64,000 bases of DNA, taken from positions 1 through 64,000 of IMG/VR virus record IMGVR_UViG_3300029822_000004, one strand, 5' to 3'. Source of the DNA: a virus. Made by a program: the position numbers and the translations under genes. The notes beneath the pieces are model-generated. The model saw only the letters and a program-made list of their open reading frames with translations, was not told where the DNA came from and made no database searches. Shown in pieces: positions 37,808 to 47,483 of this stretch. Position 1 is the stretch's first letter; each line of letters begins with the position of its first letter.

Positions 37808-38035
37808 ATGGCAAGCCTAAACATAGCAATGACCACCATCACCTTCAGGCGCACTAGGCAGGTCAAGGAGTACGAAAGCGCCACCATTGAGATTTCCACC
37901 ACCGTACCCAAGCACCCAGAAGACGTTTCTGCCGATATTGAAAAGCTCGAACTGATTGTGGATGCGGAGCTGGACGACTATATCAATAAGCATAAACCAA
38001 AAGACATGAGTTGGGAGGTGAATCTAGACGAATGA
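37808..38035 (+). CDS. Hypothetical protein
   Basis: AGGAG RBS; RTRQVKEYES motif. Confidence 0.65.
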   Translation: MASLNIAMTTITFRRTRQVKEYESATIEISTTVPKHPEDVSADIEKLELIVDAELDDYINKHKPKDMSWEVNLDE

Positions 38036-38337
38036 GGATGCTCAACAAGCTAGCTGAAGCCAACAAGAAGCTGATAGAGATCACGGCAAGCCCCCTAGAC
38101 GCCAAGATGACGGTAGAGCAAGTGCAGGAAATTGCCGACTACAACATGGCCTACCGGTCGTTTTATAGAAAATCAGGACTCACCGAGAAGGCGTGGAGTA
38201 AAATCCTCGGCGTCCCTCAGTGCAAGCATCGGGAATATGAGACTTTCACAACGAAAGTACCTGCTCACACGCTAAATAGGGCTGGAAGAATCGACAGACT
38301 CATGAGATCAGTAAGACGAAGGATGAAAGACAAATGA
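38032..38337 (+). CDS. HTH-like protein
   Basis: RKSGLTEKAWSKILGV..YE. Confidence 0.55.
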   Translation: MRMLNKLAEANKKLIEITASPLDAKMTVEQVQEIADYNMAYRSFYRKSGLTEKAWSKILGVPQCKHREYETFTTKVPAHTLNRAGRIDRLMRSVRRRMKDK

Positions 38338-39227
38338 CACAAACATTATTTCCTGAAAACGTGGCACCGAACGCAACCAAGCTACTTGTAGACAGCAAAA
38401 ACGTGGCCTATCATGCTTATTCGTGGGCGCTCAAAGCCTACGACGGCGAAGATGTCCAAGCGGCGTACTTTGTCTGCTTCTGGGCCAAGATCAAGTTCGC
38501 CGCCCGCCGCTGTCGCACTACCCGCATTGCCTTTTGCTGGGACAGCGACAACTCCAAGCGAACGGCTCTCTATCCTGCGTACAAAGCACAGCGGAAGGTT
38601 GCCGATGACCCCGAACGCGCAGAGATGTTCAAGACTTTCGACCACACCCGCGATGTCGTATTGCCTGCTCTGGGATTCAAGAACAGCTACCTGCTGGACG
38701 GCTTTGAGGCCGATGACATTATTGCCAAATTGGTTGAACAGAACAAAGATAAACGCGTGCCACTGGTTATCTATTCCACCGACAGCGACTTGTATCAGCT
38801 TCTCGGCAACAACGTCTACATGATCAATGCGCGGATGGCAAGTGACTATGGACGCCTCAAGCCCTTCACTGCGGCATCCATGCGTGAAAAGTACGGTGTG
38901 ACTCCTGCTGATTGGCCTATGGTAAAGGCTATCGCCGGCTGCAACTCCGATAACATTCCTGGTGTTCGGGGCATTGGTGAAAAGATCGCCTCTGCGTATA
39001 TTCGTGGTGAGGCAAAGCCCATGGCCGTTGCAAGGATTGAAGCTAGCATGGACACAATCAAGGAAACGCTGCGGCTAGTCAAGTTGCCATTCGAGGGTAC
39101 GCCTGATCTTGAATTCGTGCCGGATGCCCTGAACTACGATGCGTTCATGCGGATGTCTGCCGAAATTGGCGCCATTAGCCTGAGTGATGATGGGTACTGG
39201 AAGCGTTTCTTCAATGGAGAGGTGTAA
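38334..39227 (+). CDS. 5'-3' exonuclease / flap endonuclease (RNase H-like)
   Basis: YPAYKAQR, GFEADD, DSDLYQL, SDNIPGVRGIGEK. Confidence 0.92.
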   Translation: MTQTLFPENVAPNATKLLVDSKNVAYHAYSWALKAYDGEDVQAAYFVCFWAKIKFAARRCRTTRIAFCWDSDNSKRTALYPAYKAQRKVADDPERAEMFKTFDHTRDVVLPALGFKNSYLLDGFEADDIIAKLVEQNKDKRVPLVIYSTDSDLYQLLGNNVYMINARMASDYGRLKPFTAASMREKYGVTPADWPMVKAIAGCNSDNIPGVRGIGEKIASAYIRGEAKPMAVARIEASMDTIKETLRLVKLPFEGTPDLEFVPDALNYDAFMRMSAEIGAISLSDDGYWKRFFNGEV

Positions 39228-39229
39228 CG

Positions 39230-39691
39230 ATGGCCGGCGTCTTTAGCATATTCATCCCATGCACACCAAAGGCCGTCCAGTCGGTGCGGTCTTTCGTGGC
39301 TGGCAAGAAAATTATGCACTACCAACCCAAGGACGTGGTTGACTGGAAGACGTACATCCAAGTAAGTATCCTCAACGCCCTTACACCCGCATGGACGCCA
39401 CTTGAATGCCCCGTGTCCGTTGATGTGGTCTATATATTCTCTCCACGGAAGAGCGAAAAAAAGACCATCCTTGCGGAAATTGCTGACGGCGCGTGGTACT
39501 ACAAGACGACAAGGCCCGACATGGACAATCTTGGCAAGGGCCTCTATGATGCATGTACTGGCGTGCTGTGGGCTGATGACTCGCAGATCGCAGAGAAACA
39601 CGAGGTGAAAGTCTACGGAAAGAAAGAAGGCATAATGATATGCGTAAACAAACTGCCAACGAGCATACAAAGCTCTACCAGTATCTCCTGA
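39230..39691 (+). CDS. rusA: RusA-like Holliday junction resolvase
   Basis: RPDMDNLGKGLYDA, WADDSQI. Confidence 0.9.
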   Translation: MAGVFSIFIPCTPKAVQSVRSFVAGKKIMHYQPKDVVDWKTYIQVSILNALTPAWTPLECPVSVDVVYIFSPRKSEKKTILAEIADGAWYYKTTRPDMDNLGKGLYDACTGVLWADDSQIAEKHEVKVYGKKEGIMICVNKLPTSIQSSTSIS

Positions 39692-39879
39692 AGAACCTGA
39701 TTGATCCTACTGCGGTAGCCAAGCTGCTTCGATGTTCGCGACAGACCATGCGTGTGTACACGTTGCAAGGCCCGCCGAGCTATCTGGTGGCATGCGCAAT
39801 AGCCTATGTACTTGGTTGCACGCCAGAGGACATCTACAGCAAAGAGGAAAGCAGAAAGGCCAGAAGGAATGCTCTCTAA
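39640..39879 (+). CDS. Small HTH protein
   Basis: VAKLLRCSRQTM..IAYVLGCTPEDIY. Confidence 0.55.
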   Translation: MRKQTANEHTKLYQYLLKNLIDPTAVAKLLRCSRQTMRVYTLQGPPSYLVACAIAYVLGCTPEDIYSKEESRKARRNAL

Positions 39880-41068
39880 AATTACATTGAAGAACATCCA
39901 AGCCCACGAGGATTTGACCTTGGAGTTTGGGCCGGGCCTCAATGTAATCCACGGCAGTACCGATAGTGGAAAGACTGCGGTACTGCGTGGTTTATTGTGG
40001 TCTGCACTGAATGATGGCAATGGCGACAAGTTGCTCAAAAACAACAACGGATCAAAAGAGTGCTCAGTTGAATTGACGCTTGATGGCCACACTGTACGAC
40101 GCTCATGGTCGAAGTCTGCCAACACGTATTCAATGGACGGTGTGAACTTCTCAGCCTTCAGGACATCGGTTCCTGCCGCAATCGCTGAAGTAGTGAACAT
40201 GGACGCAATCAATGTCCAAAGGCGGCGTGATGTGCCCTTTATGGTCTACTGGAAAGCCACCGAAAACGCCAACCAGTTCAGCCAGATGCTCGACATTGAT
40301 GAAATCGACCGTTCTATCAATGCTATCAACAAAGACGTGCGAGAAGGCCAGCAGGCGGTAAACACCATTGAGGACAATCTACTGCTATCCAAACAAAAAC
40401 TGGATGCCCTCGGGTGGGTTGATGGGGCCATGGAGGAGTTCAAGCATCTGGAAACGCTGAATGCCACCATAGACGACCACAAGGCAAAACTACAGGTTTA
40501 TACACGTTTATACGACGATTACCGTATAAATGCCAACGCCGCAGAGGCCATCCAAGATTCGATGGCGGCCCTTGAAGATGTCACCGCCATCATAGAAGCG
40601 TATAACAACGTTGTACAGCTATCAAAGGACAAACAATGGCTATCAAAGACGTGTGAAGTGTATACCGCAGAATACCGACGTTGTACTGCGCTTAAATCTG
40701 CCGAAGATGGTTACACTGAGCTTGTAACTCTGCTTTCCGATGTTACCAGAGCAAAGAATATAGCGGTAGAACGCGCGGAGCTCAACACGCTATACAAAGG
40801 CCATTTAGCCGCCGAGACCAACGTTACCAAGTATTCATATGGCAAGGACAGCTTGACGCAAATTATGGCTGTTTGTGTGCTCGCTGAGGGCCTTCCAGAG
40901 CTACGAAAGAGCGTCACTTCACTACAGGCGGCACACAGGCAGTACCAGACACAAAAACAACACTACATCAACGCAAAACAGCTACAAGAACGCACAAAGG
41001 CACAGTTCGATGCTGCAATGCCGGATGTGTGCCCATTGTGCGGCTCAGAAGGATGCAAACACCAATGA
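39869..41068 (+). CDS. SbcC/Rad50 N-terminal half (Walker A, coiled coil, Zn hook)
   Basis: LKNIQAH..GLNVIHGSTDSGKT; ends with CPLCG. Confidence 0.85.
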   Translation: MLSKITLKNIQAHEDLTLEFGPGLNVIHGSTDSGKTAVLRGLLWSALNDGNGDKLLKNNNGSKECSVELTLDGHTVRRSWSKSANTYSMDGVNFSAFRTSVPAAIAEVVNMDAINVQRRRDVPFMVYWKATENANQFSQMLDIDEIDRSINAINKDVREGQQAVNTIEDNLLLSKQKLDALGWVDGAMEEFKHLETLNATIDDHKAKLQVYTRLYDDYRINANAAEAIQDSMAALEDVTAIIEAYNNVVQLSKDKQWLSKTCEVYTAEYRRCTALKSAEDGYTELVTLLSDVTRAKNIAVERAELNTLYKGHLAAETNVTKYSYGKDSLTQIMAVCVLAEGLPELRKSVTSLQAAHRQYQTQKQHYINAKQLQERTKAQFDAAMPDVCPLCGSEGCKHQ

Positions 41069-41961
41069 AACTACTCTGCATAGCCGATGTCCACTTGAAG
41101 GAAAAGAAACCCGAATGCCGCCTTGCCGAAGAGGATTGGCTACAGGTCATTGAACAAAAGATGGCCTGCATTGGTGAAATCGCTTCGGATGCCAATGTAG
41201 ACGCCGTGGTAATAGCCGGTGATGTATTTGATGGCTGGCGTGGTGTATCATTCGAGTTCTTCAATCGCTGTGTGGTGTGGCTGAATTACATCAAAGCCAA
41301 CACCAAGGACAAGAAGATATACACCATCGCAGGAAACCATGATCTTCCTGAGCATCTCTATGAGCAGATTAGCAGGACGCCCTATCAAGCGATGTGTGTA
41401 TCTGGCGTATTCACAGACATCTATGCCGATGATACCTTGCCCTTTACCTGCATGGCCTACACCGATCAGAGAATTACAGCGTCAAAAGACATTCTGGTTG
41501 CACACAAGGGCCTCTATCTGGAAAACAAGATATTCCCAGGCGTAAATGAAAATGCGCAGGTGGGGAACTTTGTTAAGAACTGCATACCGCCCAACGTCCG
41601 ATTGGTCATAGCGGGCGACTTTCACAAACCGTTTACAACCACCATCGGAAGTACACTCGTTGTCAACTGCGGGAGCATCTTCAGACTCCGTGCAGACCAA
41701 TGCGAGTTCCAGCCTGTCGTACATATTGTCGATACCGATATGATGACAGTCGTTAGCAAAAAGCTACCATTGTCAAATCCAATCCGTAGGGACTACATCG
41801 ATGACCGCAATGACCGCAAAGAAGAGCTGAACGAAATCATTGGCAACATCGATGGCGACTTCGAGATTACACTGAACTACCGAGACAATTTCAAAAAGTT
41901 AACAGAGGCACTACCAAACCGATCCGTCATCAACTCCATCTTTGAAAGGACACTGCAATGA
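41065..41961 (+). CDS. SbcD/Mre11 metallophosphoesterase nuclease
   Basis: ADVH, AGDVFD, GNHD, AH, GDFH. Confidence 0.9.
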   Translation: MKLLCIADVHLKEKKPECRLAEEDWLQVIEQKMACIGEIASDANVDAVVIAGDVFDGWRGVSFEFFNRCVVWLNYIKANTKDKKIYTIAGNHDLPEHLYEQISRTPYQAMCVSGVFTDIYADDTLPFTCMAYTDQRITASKDILVAHKGLYLENKIFPGVNENAQVGNFVKNCIPPNVRLVIAGDFHKPFTTTIGSTLVVNCGSIFRLRADQCEFQPVVHIVDTDMMTVVSKKLPLSNPIRRDYIDDRNDRKEELNEIIGNIDGDFEITLNYRDNFKKLTEALPNRSVINSIFERTLQ

Positions 41962-42209
41962 TTGACACCAACGAACTACTGACCCTCAAGAAAAAAGCAG
42001 AAGCAGCCGTAACCGAATACAATCAGGCGGTGGGGCGATTGTCTGCCATCAAGAACCAGATTAAAGAAGCGGGGTTCAACTCCATACTCGAAGTTGAGGC
42101 AGAGATTTCACGCCTGTCAGAACTTATCCAACAAACAGAAGCAGATGTCGAATCCCGCCTGAATGAGTGGAAGGCCAAATATTCGTCACTTATCAACCGG
42201 AGCTTGTAA
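41958..42209 (+). CDS. Short coiled-coil protein
   Basis: Heptad pattern; translationally coupled. Confidence 0.6.
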   Translation: MIDTNELLTLKKKAEAAVTEYNQAVGRLSAIKNQIKEAGFNSILEVEAEISRLSELIQQTEADVESRLNEWKAKYSSLINRSL

Positions 42210-42811
42210 TGGACATCGATACATGTAAACAATCCTTAATCGATGTGTACTATCGCAGAAAAGGCTATCTTGATGACATAGAGAGAGATACAAAACGCCT
42301 TGAAACGACGAAGGTCAATCTTGAAAATCTCCTATTGACACAAGGACTCATTCAAGAAGCATCGCAAATGACCCTTGAGTGTATCAGCATTCGCATTAAC
42401 AACATCGTCACAAAGGCGTTGGCTGCCGTATTGCCAGAGCCGTATACATTCGAGTTGAGCTTCCGCATCACTTATGGGAAGTTAAGTACGGATATGCGGT
42501 TAAAAAAGGACGGCAGGCTGTATGCACTTACGGATAACGTGGGTGATGGCGTTGTTGACATTGTGGCCTTGGCATTGCGTGTGGCCATATTGTGCCTAGA
42601 CAAGCGCAAGTTACGGCGTTTGCTGGTGCTTGACGAGCCTGTAGGGGCCTTGAGCGTAGACTACCAGCCTTTAGCCGGCAAAATGCTTGAGCACCTGTCT
42701 AAGGCCCTCAATATGCAAATCATCATGGTGGCGGCGCACGGTAGCAACTACGAATTTACGGACGCCGAGGTCTTTGACTCAAGTAATTTCAGAAAAAAAA
42801 TAAAAAATTGA
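42209..42811 (+). CDS. SbcC/Rad50 C-terminal half
   Basis: Degenerate signature VGDG, Walker B LVLDEP, H-loop MVAAH. Confidence 0.82.
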   Translation: MDIDTCKQSLIDVYYRRKGYLDDIERDTKRLETTKVNLENLLLTQGLIQEASQMTLECISIRINNIVTKALAAVLPEPYTFELSFRITYGKLSTDMRLKKDGRLYALTDNVGDGVVDIVALALRVAILCLDKRKLRRLLVLDEPVGALSVDYQPLAGKMLEHLSKALNMQIIMVAAHGSNYEFTDAEVFDSSNFRKKIKN

Positions 42812-42840
42812 AGAGTTCGTGTGAACTTTTGCTTTTCCAT

Positions 42841-42851
42841 TGCTATAGTAT
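42841..42851 (+). promoter_or_regulatory. Extended -10 element TGCTATAGTAT upstream of the large ncRNA
   Basis: Matches the -10 half of the phage consensus; -35 is degenerate. Confidence 0.55.
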
Positions 42852-42855
42852 ACTT

Positions 42856-43660
42856 GTCGGAGACCTAGAGGTTAAGACCGAACTCCGGGATTACACGACA
42901 GCGGCAACGTAGCGCTGTTCACACTGATTAAGGGGTATGCTGGCGGGCTAGGTGGCGTCTCAAAAGTGCATATTCCCGAGATACTGGTAGGCCAGTGGCG
43001 TGGTTCCCCAGACGAACCGGGTGACAACCTGACAGTTAGTTTGAGCATACTTAAAAGCTCCGTGATTGCTCTTTTACATCTTGGTTTCGAGTAAGGAGTC
43101 TGAGTAGGAGGCGAAAGCTAACCTACAGTAGCCAAATCAGAGAAAAATTGCATGCGAAGTTCGGACGGTTCGCTACAATCGGGCATGCAGCCAATGGTCA
43201 ATAACGTAAGGGTATGCGCAGCCTAAAGCCAGCAATGGCCATGGCATAAGTTGGTAGGGCCGCCAACAAGATGCATACAGCGGGTGAGAACCCCGCCAAC
43301 AGGGAGCCACACAATTCAGCTCAACCAGTTGACACTTCAAGGTAACGACAGCCTGACGATGAAACAAGTGTTGGCGTAGCGATTCCAGCGCCGGACACGA
43401 CCAAGATGTAAAAGCAAGCAACCGTTAATGCGGTTTTGCCTCCTGCGTGAAAACGGGATAGACTGTAGAGGTATGGTCTATCGGTGATGTGGGTGTCTCT
43501 TTCATGGTGCAACCACGCCATGTCTGCCACACAATGAAAGCGCTTGGAAGGACGTTAGGCAAAACTAGATTTTAGTCCACCAAGGGATTATTGTGCCTTT
43601 TATGGTTTTTAATCTTGGTTTCGCGGACAGGTAACGCAACAAAAGAGCCTCCAATTAGCT
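42856..43660 (+). ncRNA. ~800-nt large structured non-coding RNA candidate (3' end approximate)
   Basis: No credible ORF; many nested long-range helices, GNRA and T-loop-like hairpins. Confidence 0.75.
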
Positions 43661-43750
43661 AACCATTATACACTTCTTTCTTTTAAGAGGTGTTTACGTT
43701 TTCAGGCTTTTCAAGCCTTAAACAAAAACACAAAAACAGGTATTATCGGC

Positions 43751-44545
43751 ATGAAGTATCTCCATCCGGGTTCACTTGGTGACATAATTTACTCAATGCC
43801 CTTCATGTTAAGCAACGAGGGTATATTTGAACCAGAAGAGCTACCAAATGCCGACATACATTTGCTTTTGGATACTACTGGCTATGGCAATGCCCGATAT
43901 GACGTTTTTCCGATTGTGACATCCATGGCGGCATTTTTAAATACACAGCCATGCATCAAAAGTGTCAATGCCCAAAGAAGTTTCAATAACGACGAAAAGA
44001 GAACCTGTATTAACCTCGGGGCTTTTCGTGATGGCCGTGTACAAATTGGCAAGGGCGATTGCATGCTCAGGTACAGGTATTTGAAAAGAATGCCCATGTA
44101 CTACAATTTGGAAGCGCCGTGGCTCGAAGTACCCAAAGAGGATAAGTACAACCATCTGCAAAACAAGATCGTCGTATTCAGGAGCCACCGTTACCGCAAC
44201 CGTCGTATGAGTTATGCACCATTGAAGCCCTACGCCGACATAATGGTGTTTATAGGCTTCGAGAATGAATACCAGGACTTTTGTACCAGAACAGGCATAA
44301 AGCCCCAATTTCAGCCTATTACGGGCATTACTCAAGCCGCCGCAATGATCCGCAATGCCGCATTTGTCGTAGGGAACCAAACGTGTTTCTTTGCGCTGGC
44401 TGAAGGCATGAAGGCCCCACGGATACTTGAAATGAGTAGCGATCTGCCAGACGTAATTCCAAAGGGCGACTGGTCTTTTGATGCCGTGGATGACACTGAT
44501 CTTGGTAACTGCCTGAAGCTCTGCGTGGCGACGTTCTTACACTAA
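43751..44545 (+). CDS. GT9-like (heptosyltransferase-fold) glycosyltransferase
   Basis: HPGSLGDIIYS, VFIG, FVVGNQT..ALAEG. Confidence 0.65.
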   Translation: MKYLHPGSLGDIIYSMPFMLSNEGIFEPEELPNADIHLLLDTTGYGNARYDVFPIVTSMAAFLNTQPCIKSVNAQRSFNNDEKRTCINLGAFRDGRVQIGKGDCMLRYRYLKRMPMYYNLEAPWLEVPKEDKYNHLQNKIVVFRSHRYRNRRMSYAPLKPYADIMVFIGFENEYQDFCTRTGIKPQFQPITGITQAAAMIRNAAFVVGNQTCFFALAEGMKAPRILEMSSDLPDVIPKGDWSFDAVDDTDLGNCLKLCVATFLH

Positions 44546-45475
44546 TGCCTTTGTAAGAATCTCAGTGTATGCGGCTTTAGTAATCGCCTTGTGTTCAGTC
44601 AGTTCTACATGCCGATTGAATAACGACTGCTGGTTGATTTGATCTAGTTGGCTTGGATTGAATGACAGGAAGCCATCTACTGCACCAAGGCGGAAGTCGT
44701 CCACCAATGTACACAAAGAAGGTATGGCCATTGATGCAGCTAGCCCACAACCATGTATTCTTGGCGACACAACAAAGCCATAGCGCCAATACAGTTCAAC
44801 CAAGTCATGCCAATCATAACAGTAATGCACGGTGGCTGTAGGGAAGCGTTTTTTGGCCAAAGGAAGCTCATCACAGCGGTGACAGACGACATCAAAGGCC
44901 ATGCGGTCAGCAAAGTAGTCAAAGCACATATCCGCTACCATGGCATTCTTTTTACCGATGCCCTGCCAGCCCTCTTCCTTGTCATACACAAAGAGCGCCT
45001 TGTCAACTACCAAATCTGCACGTTGTCTATCAGCTACAAACAATGCTGGACAGGGCATACACTTCACGCTGCGGCCAAAGAATGACGAGTATCTCTCAAT
45101 GAGGTCTTCTTGGCGCACGGTGATGAGCTTGGCGGAGTTGGCCATCTCAGATACTGTCGTGAAGTCAATGTCGCCAGCACCAAGAATAAGCAACGGAATC
45201 TTGTTGTTGTTCACGATTTCGTAGAACGTCCGCATACGTTGTGTGAAGGTCTCGGGCGTTCCTGCTATAACCGCCAAATCGATTATGGAGGGATCGTAGT
45301 CACCAAAAACGCTGTCATCTCGCTGTACGCTCTTACGGTTTATGCTCGGATGACAATTATACAGTATGGCGTTGTGTTCACCGATTGTGGATTTGATCAG
45401 ATTTATGGTGCCACGAAGAATCAGCTCGTCGCCTATATTCCATCCGCGTGTGGTCTTGTACAGCACGGTCTTCAA
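44537..45475 (-). CDS. Polysaccharide pyruvyl transferase family protein
   Basis: WNIGDELI, ITVR, PCPAL, RIHG..A..IP; TTG start overlaps the upstream stop. Confidence 0.72.
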   Translation of the reverse strand: MKTVLYKTTRGWNIGDELILRGTINLIKSTIGEHNAILYNCHPSINRKSVQRDDSVFGDYDPSIIDLAVIAGTPETFTQRMRTFYEIVNNNKIPLLILGAGDIDFTTVSEMANSAKLITVRQEDLIERYSSFFGRSVKCMPCPALFVADRQRADLVVDKALFVYDKEEGWQGIGKKNAMVADMCFDYFADRMAFDVVCHRCDELPLAKKRFPTATVHYCYDWHDLVELYWRYGFVVSPRIHGCGLAASMAIPSLCTLVDDFRLGAVDGFLSFNPSQLDQINQQSLFNRHVELTEHKAITKAAYTEILTKALV

Positions 45476-45807
45476 TCTTCTTTCCAGTCCTCTCGTTGGC
45501 GGGCGTTGGCCCTGTCTGCGGCCTTGACTAAATCGGCCTTTACTTCCGTGAGAGTGCAATTCATGTTCGATAGCTGCGTCTCAATCGCCGTGAGCCTGAC
45601 TTTGATATCGAGTTGCATCATGGAGGCCCGTCGTTCTTCTTCAACGTCAGCAGCGTTCAGGCGCAAATAGCCGCTAATGCCAGCAGTCACCAATCCAGCA
45701 TAAGCGAGCCACAGCCACAAAATATGACTCGCGATGTTGGTAATCTGGTCGCGTGGTGCTGGCGGCGGTGGTGATATCGTCCCTGGGTGCATTGTACCTC
45801 GTTCCAT
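45472..45807 (-). CDS. Single-TM plus coiled-coil membrane protein (holin-like?)
   Basis: ILWLWLAYAGLVTAGI helix. Confidence 0.5.
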   Translation of the reverse strand: MERGTMHPGTISPPPPAPRDQITNIASHILWLWLAYAGLVTAGISGYLRLNAADVEEERRASMMQLDIKVRLTAIETQLSNMNCTLTEVKADLVKAADRANARQREDWKED

Positions 45808-45932
45808 ATAGATTTATCCATGTTTTATTGGTCTTGGCGTCATCTGTAACATACCATAAAACAACGCCAAAGCAACACCGTATGCTATATTATGCACAGA
45901 CACACCTTTAAAAGATTGAAAGGATTCAAGAC

Positions 45933-46529
45933 ATGGCTATCGCTGTAGTATCATTGAAGACACCGGAGATTGATAGTTACGCAGTATATACCACGGAAAC
46001 AAACCGGCTGTATTGTCAAAAGCACAATCTGCAATATTTCTGTTATGGCCACACGCTAGACAACACCAAAACTCCCCACTGGTCTAAGCTGCTTGCACTC
46101 AAAAATCACATTATGGATTATGACTGGCTGATGTGGATAGATGCTGATGCTGCATTTGCCAACCACACTACGACCATTGAATCCATTATTGAAAACCACT
46201 CAGCGATGATATTAATGAGCAAAGGGCGGCTGTATGGCTGGAATTCTGGCGTGTTTTTATTGCGTGGTGGACAAGAGAGCGAATCTTGGCTTGATTTTGT
46301 ATTTGGCTTACATGGTACTATTTCTGGGCCATTCTATGAACAGGATGCCGTTGTGCACAGCTTTGGTCTTCCACTATATAAAGACAAAGTGATTGAGGTA
46401 CCAAAGCGACTAATCAATGTATCAATAAAAGATTACACGGCTGGGGATTTTATAGTTCACGCGCACGGTACTGACAACAAGAAAAGAGAGTCGTTCTTTA
46501 AGTCGCTGCGTCAGTCTTTGCCATCATAG
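45933..46529 (+). CDS. GT34 (GMA12/MNN10-like) glycosyltransferase
   Basis: YCQKH, WSKL, WIDAD, NSGVF, EQD, GDFIVH. Confidence 0.85.
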   Translation: MAIAVVSLKTPEIDSYAVYTTETNRLYCQKHNLQYFCYGHTLDNTKTPHWSKLLALKNHIMDYDWLMWIDADAAFANHTTTIESIIENHSAMILMSKGRLYGWNSGVFLLRGGQESESWLDFVFGLHGTISGPFYEQDAVVHSFGLPLYKDKVIEVPKRLINVSIKDYTAGDFIVHAHGTDNKKRESFFKSLRQSLPS

Positions 46530-46975
46530 ACGTGGTAGTTGCCATCGTCTTCACTTGGTGTGTGGGGCTTCTGCTCATTGCGCTTTGCATTGTAATTCCA
46601 AGCAGCCCATCCACCAATGCGCAATCCACAGTAGATAGCCCTGCGACGCGCACCGCTTACACGACCTTTGAGCATCTCATATAGCACCCTATCTGCCGTT
46701 GCTCTATCCACGTCCTGATAGCGGTAGAAGTAGTCGTGCAGTATCGCCTCATACAGGTAGGCATGATCAAATGGATGCCCCAATGCCCTCCAAGCAAAGC
46801 GCGGCATGGAGCACCCATCTGACACAAAGCCCCTAGGAACCAACACATCACCAATAGGCGTGTTGAGGTACAGGATGTCCTTCAAGAGCCTAATGCCGGT
46901 CTGACCATTGGGTAATTCAATGATCTCAACCGGCAGGCCCTGAGTCTTTTGCGAGTATGTATACAAATCAGGCAT
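46511..46975 (-). CDS. DUF1353 family protein
   Basis: VPRGFVSDGCSMPR, AILHDYFY, R..AD. Confidence 0.85.
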   Translation of the reverse strand: MPDLYTYSQKTQGLPVEIIELPNGQTGIRLLKDILYLNTPIGDVLVPRGFVSDGCSMPRFAWRALGHPFDHAYLYEAILHDYFYRYQDVDRATADRVLYEMLKGRVSGARRRAIYCGLRIGGWAAWNYNAKRNEQKPHTPSEDDGNYHVYDGKD

Positions 46976-46982
46976 AGGCTAA

Positions 46983-47483
46983 TTACTTGTTCGGGTAGGT
47001 GATGCCCGTGGCTTTTTCAAGTGCCGCCGCTTCCGCAGGAGATAATGCCAGGCACTCCGGGCATTCGATGTATGACGCCTTGAGTAGCTTCCATTCTGAC
47101 AGGCTCATATTCAATCCAGCAGGCACGGTTTCTGTTTTGTCCTTATCGACCATGCCATAGAGTTTAGACAGCACCGATTGCGTGATGCTTGCTCCGGCGG
47201 CTTGTGGGAGAGGAAGCGTAACCGTGTCGTTGTCGGCAATATCCCCACCGGCCTTGTTTTTGGCCACGTCGCCCCTAGTGCCATCATACGTCATAGCACC
47301 CTCAGTCCATGAAATCAGCGGAGTGCCAGCAACAGGCTCAATGCCAGTAAGCTCAATGTAGACGCTTACGGTTTTTGTTTGTTGTCGCGCCGATGCCATG
47401 CCAACAGGCGATGTCAGGCCCGTACAGCCACAAAGAGTCGCCAGTAGAATCACCATGCACACGGCCATTAGAAGTTGTTTCAT
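46983..47483 (-). CDS. Lipoprotein
   Basis: Signal peptide with lipobox LCGC. Confidence 0.7.
   Translation of the reverse strand: MKQLLMAVCMVILLATLCGCTGLTSPVGMASARQQTKTVSVYIELTGIEPVAGTPLISWTEGAMTYDGTRGDVAKNKAGGDIADNDTVTLPLPQAAGASITQSVLSKLYGMVDKDKTETVPAGLNMSLSEWKLLKASYIECPECLALSPAEAAALEKATGITYPNK

Noticed and set aside
43240-43310. tRNA or tmRNA within the large RNA
   Set aside because: Has a T-arm-like hairpin but no cloverleaf, CCA end or tag reading frame
43173-43530. Two short minus-strand ORFs
   Set aside because: No RBS or protein-like features; better explained as antisense to the structured RNA
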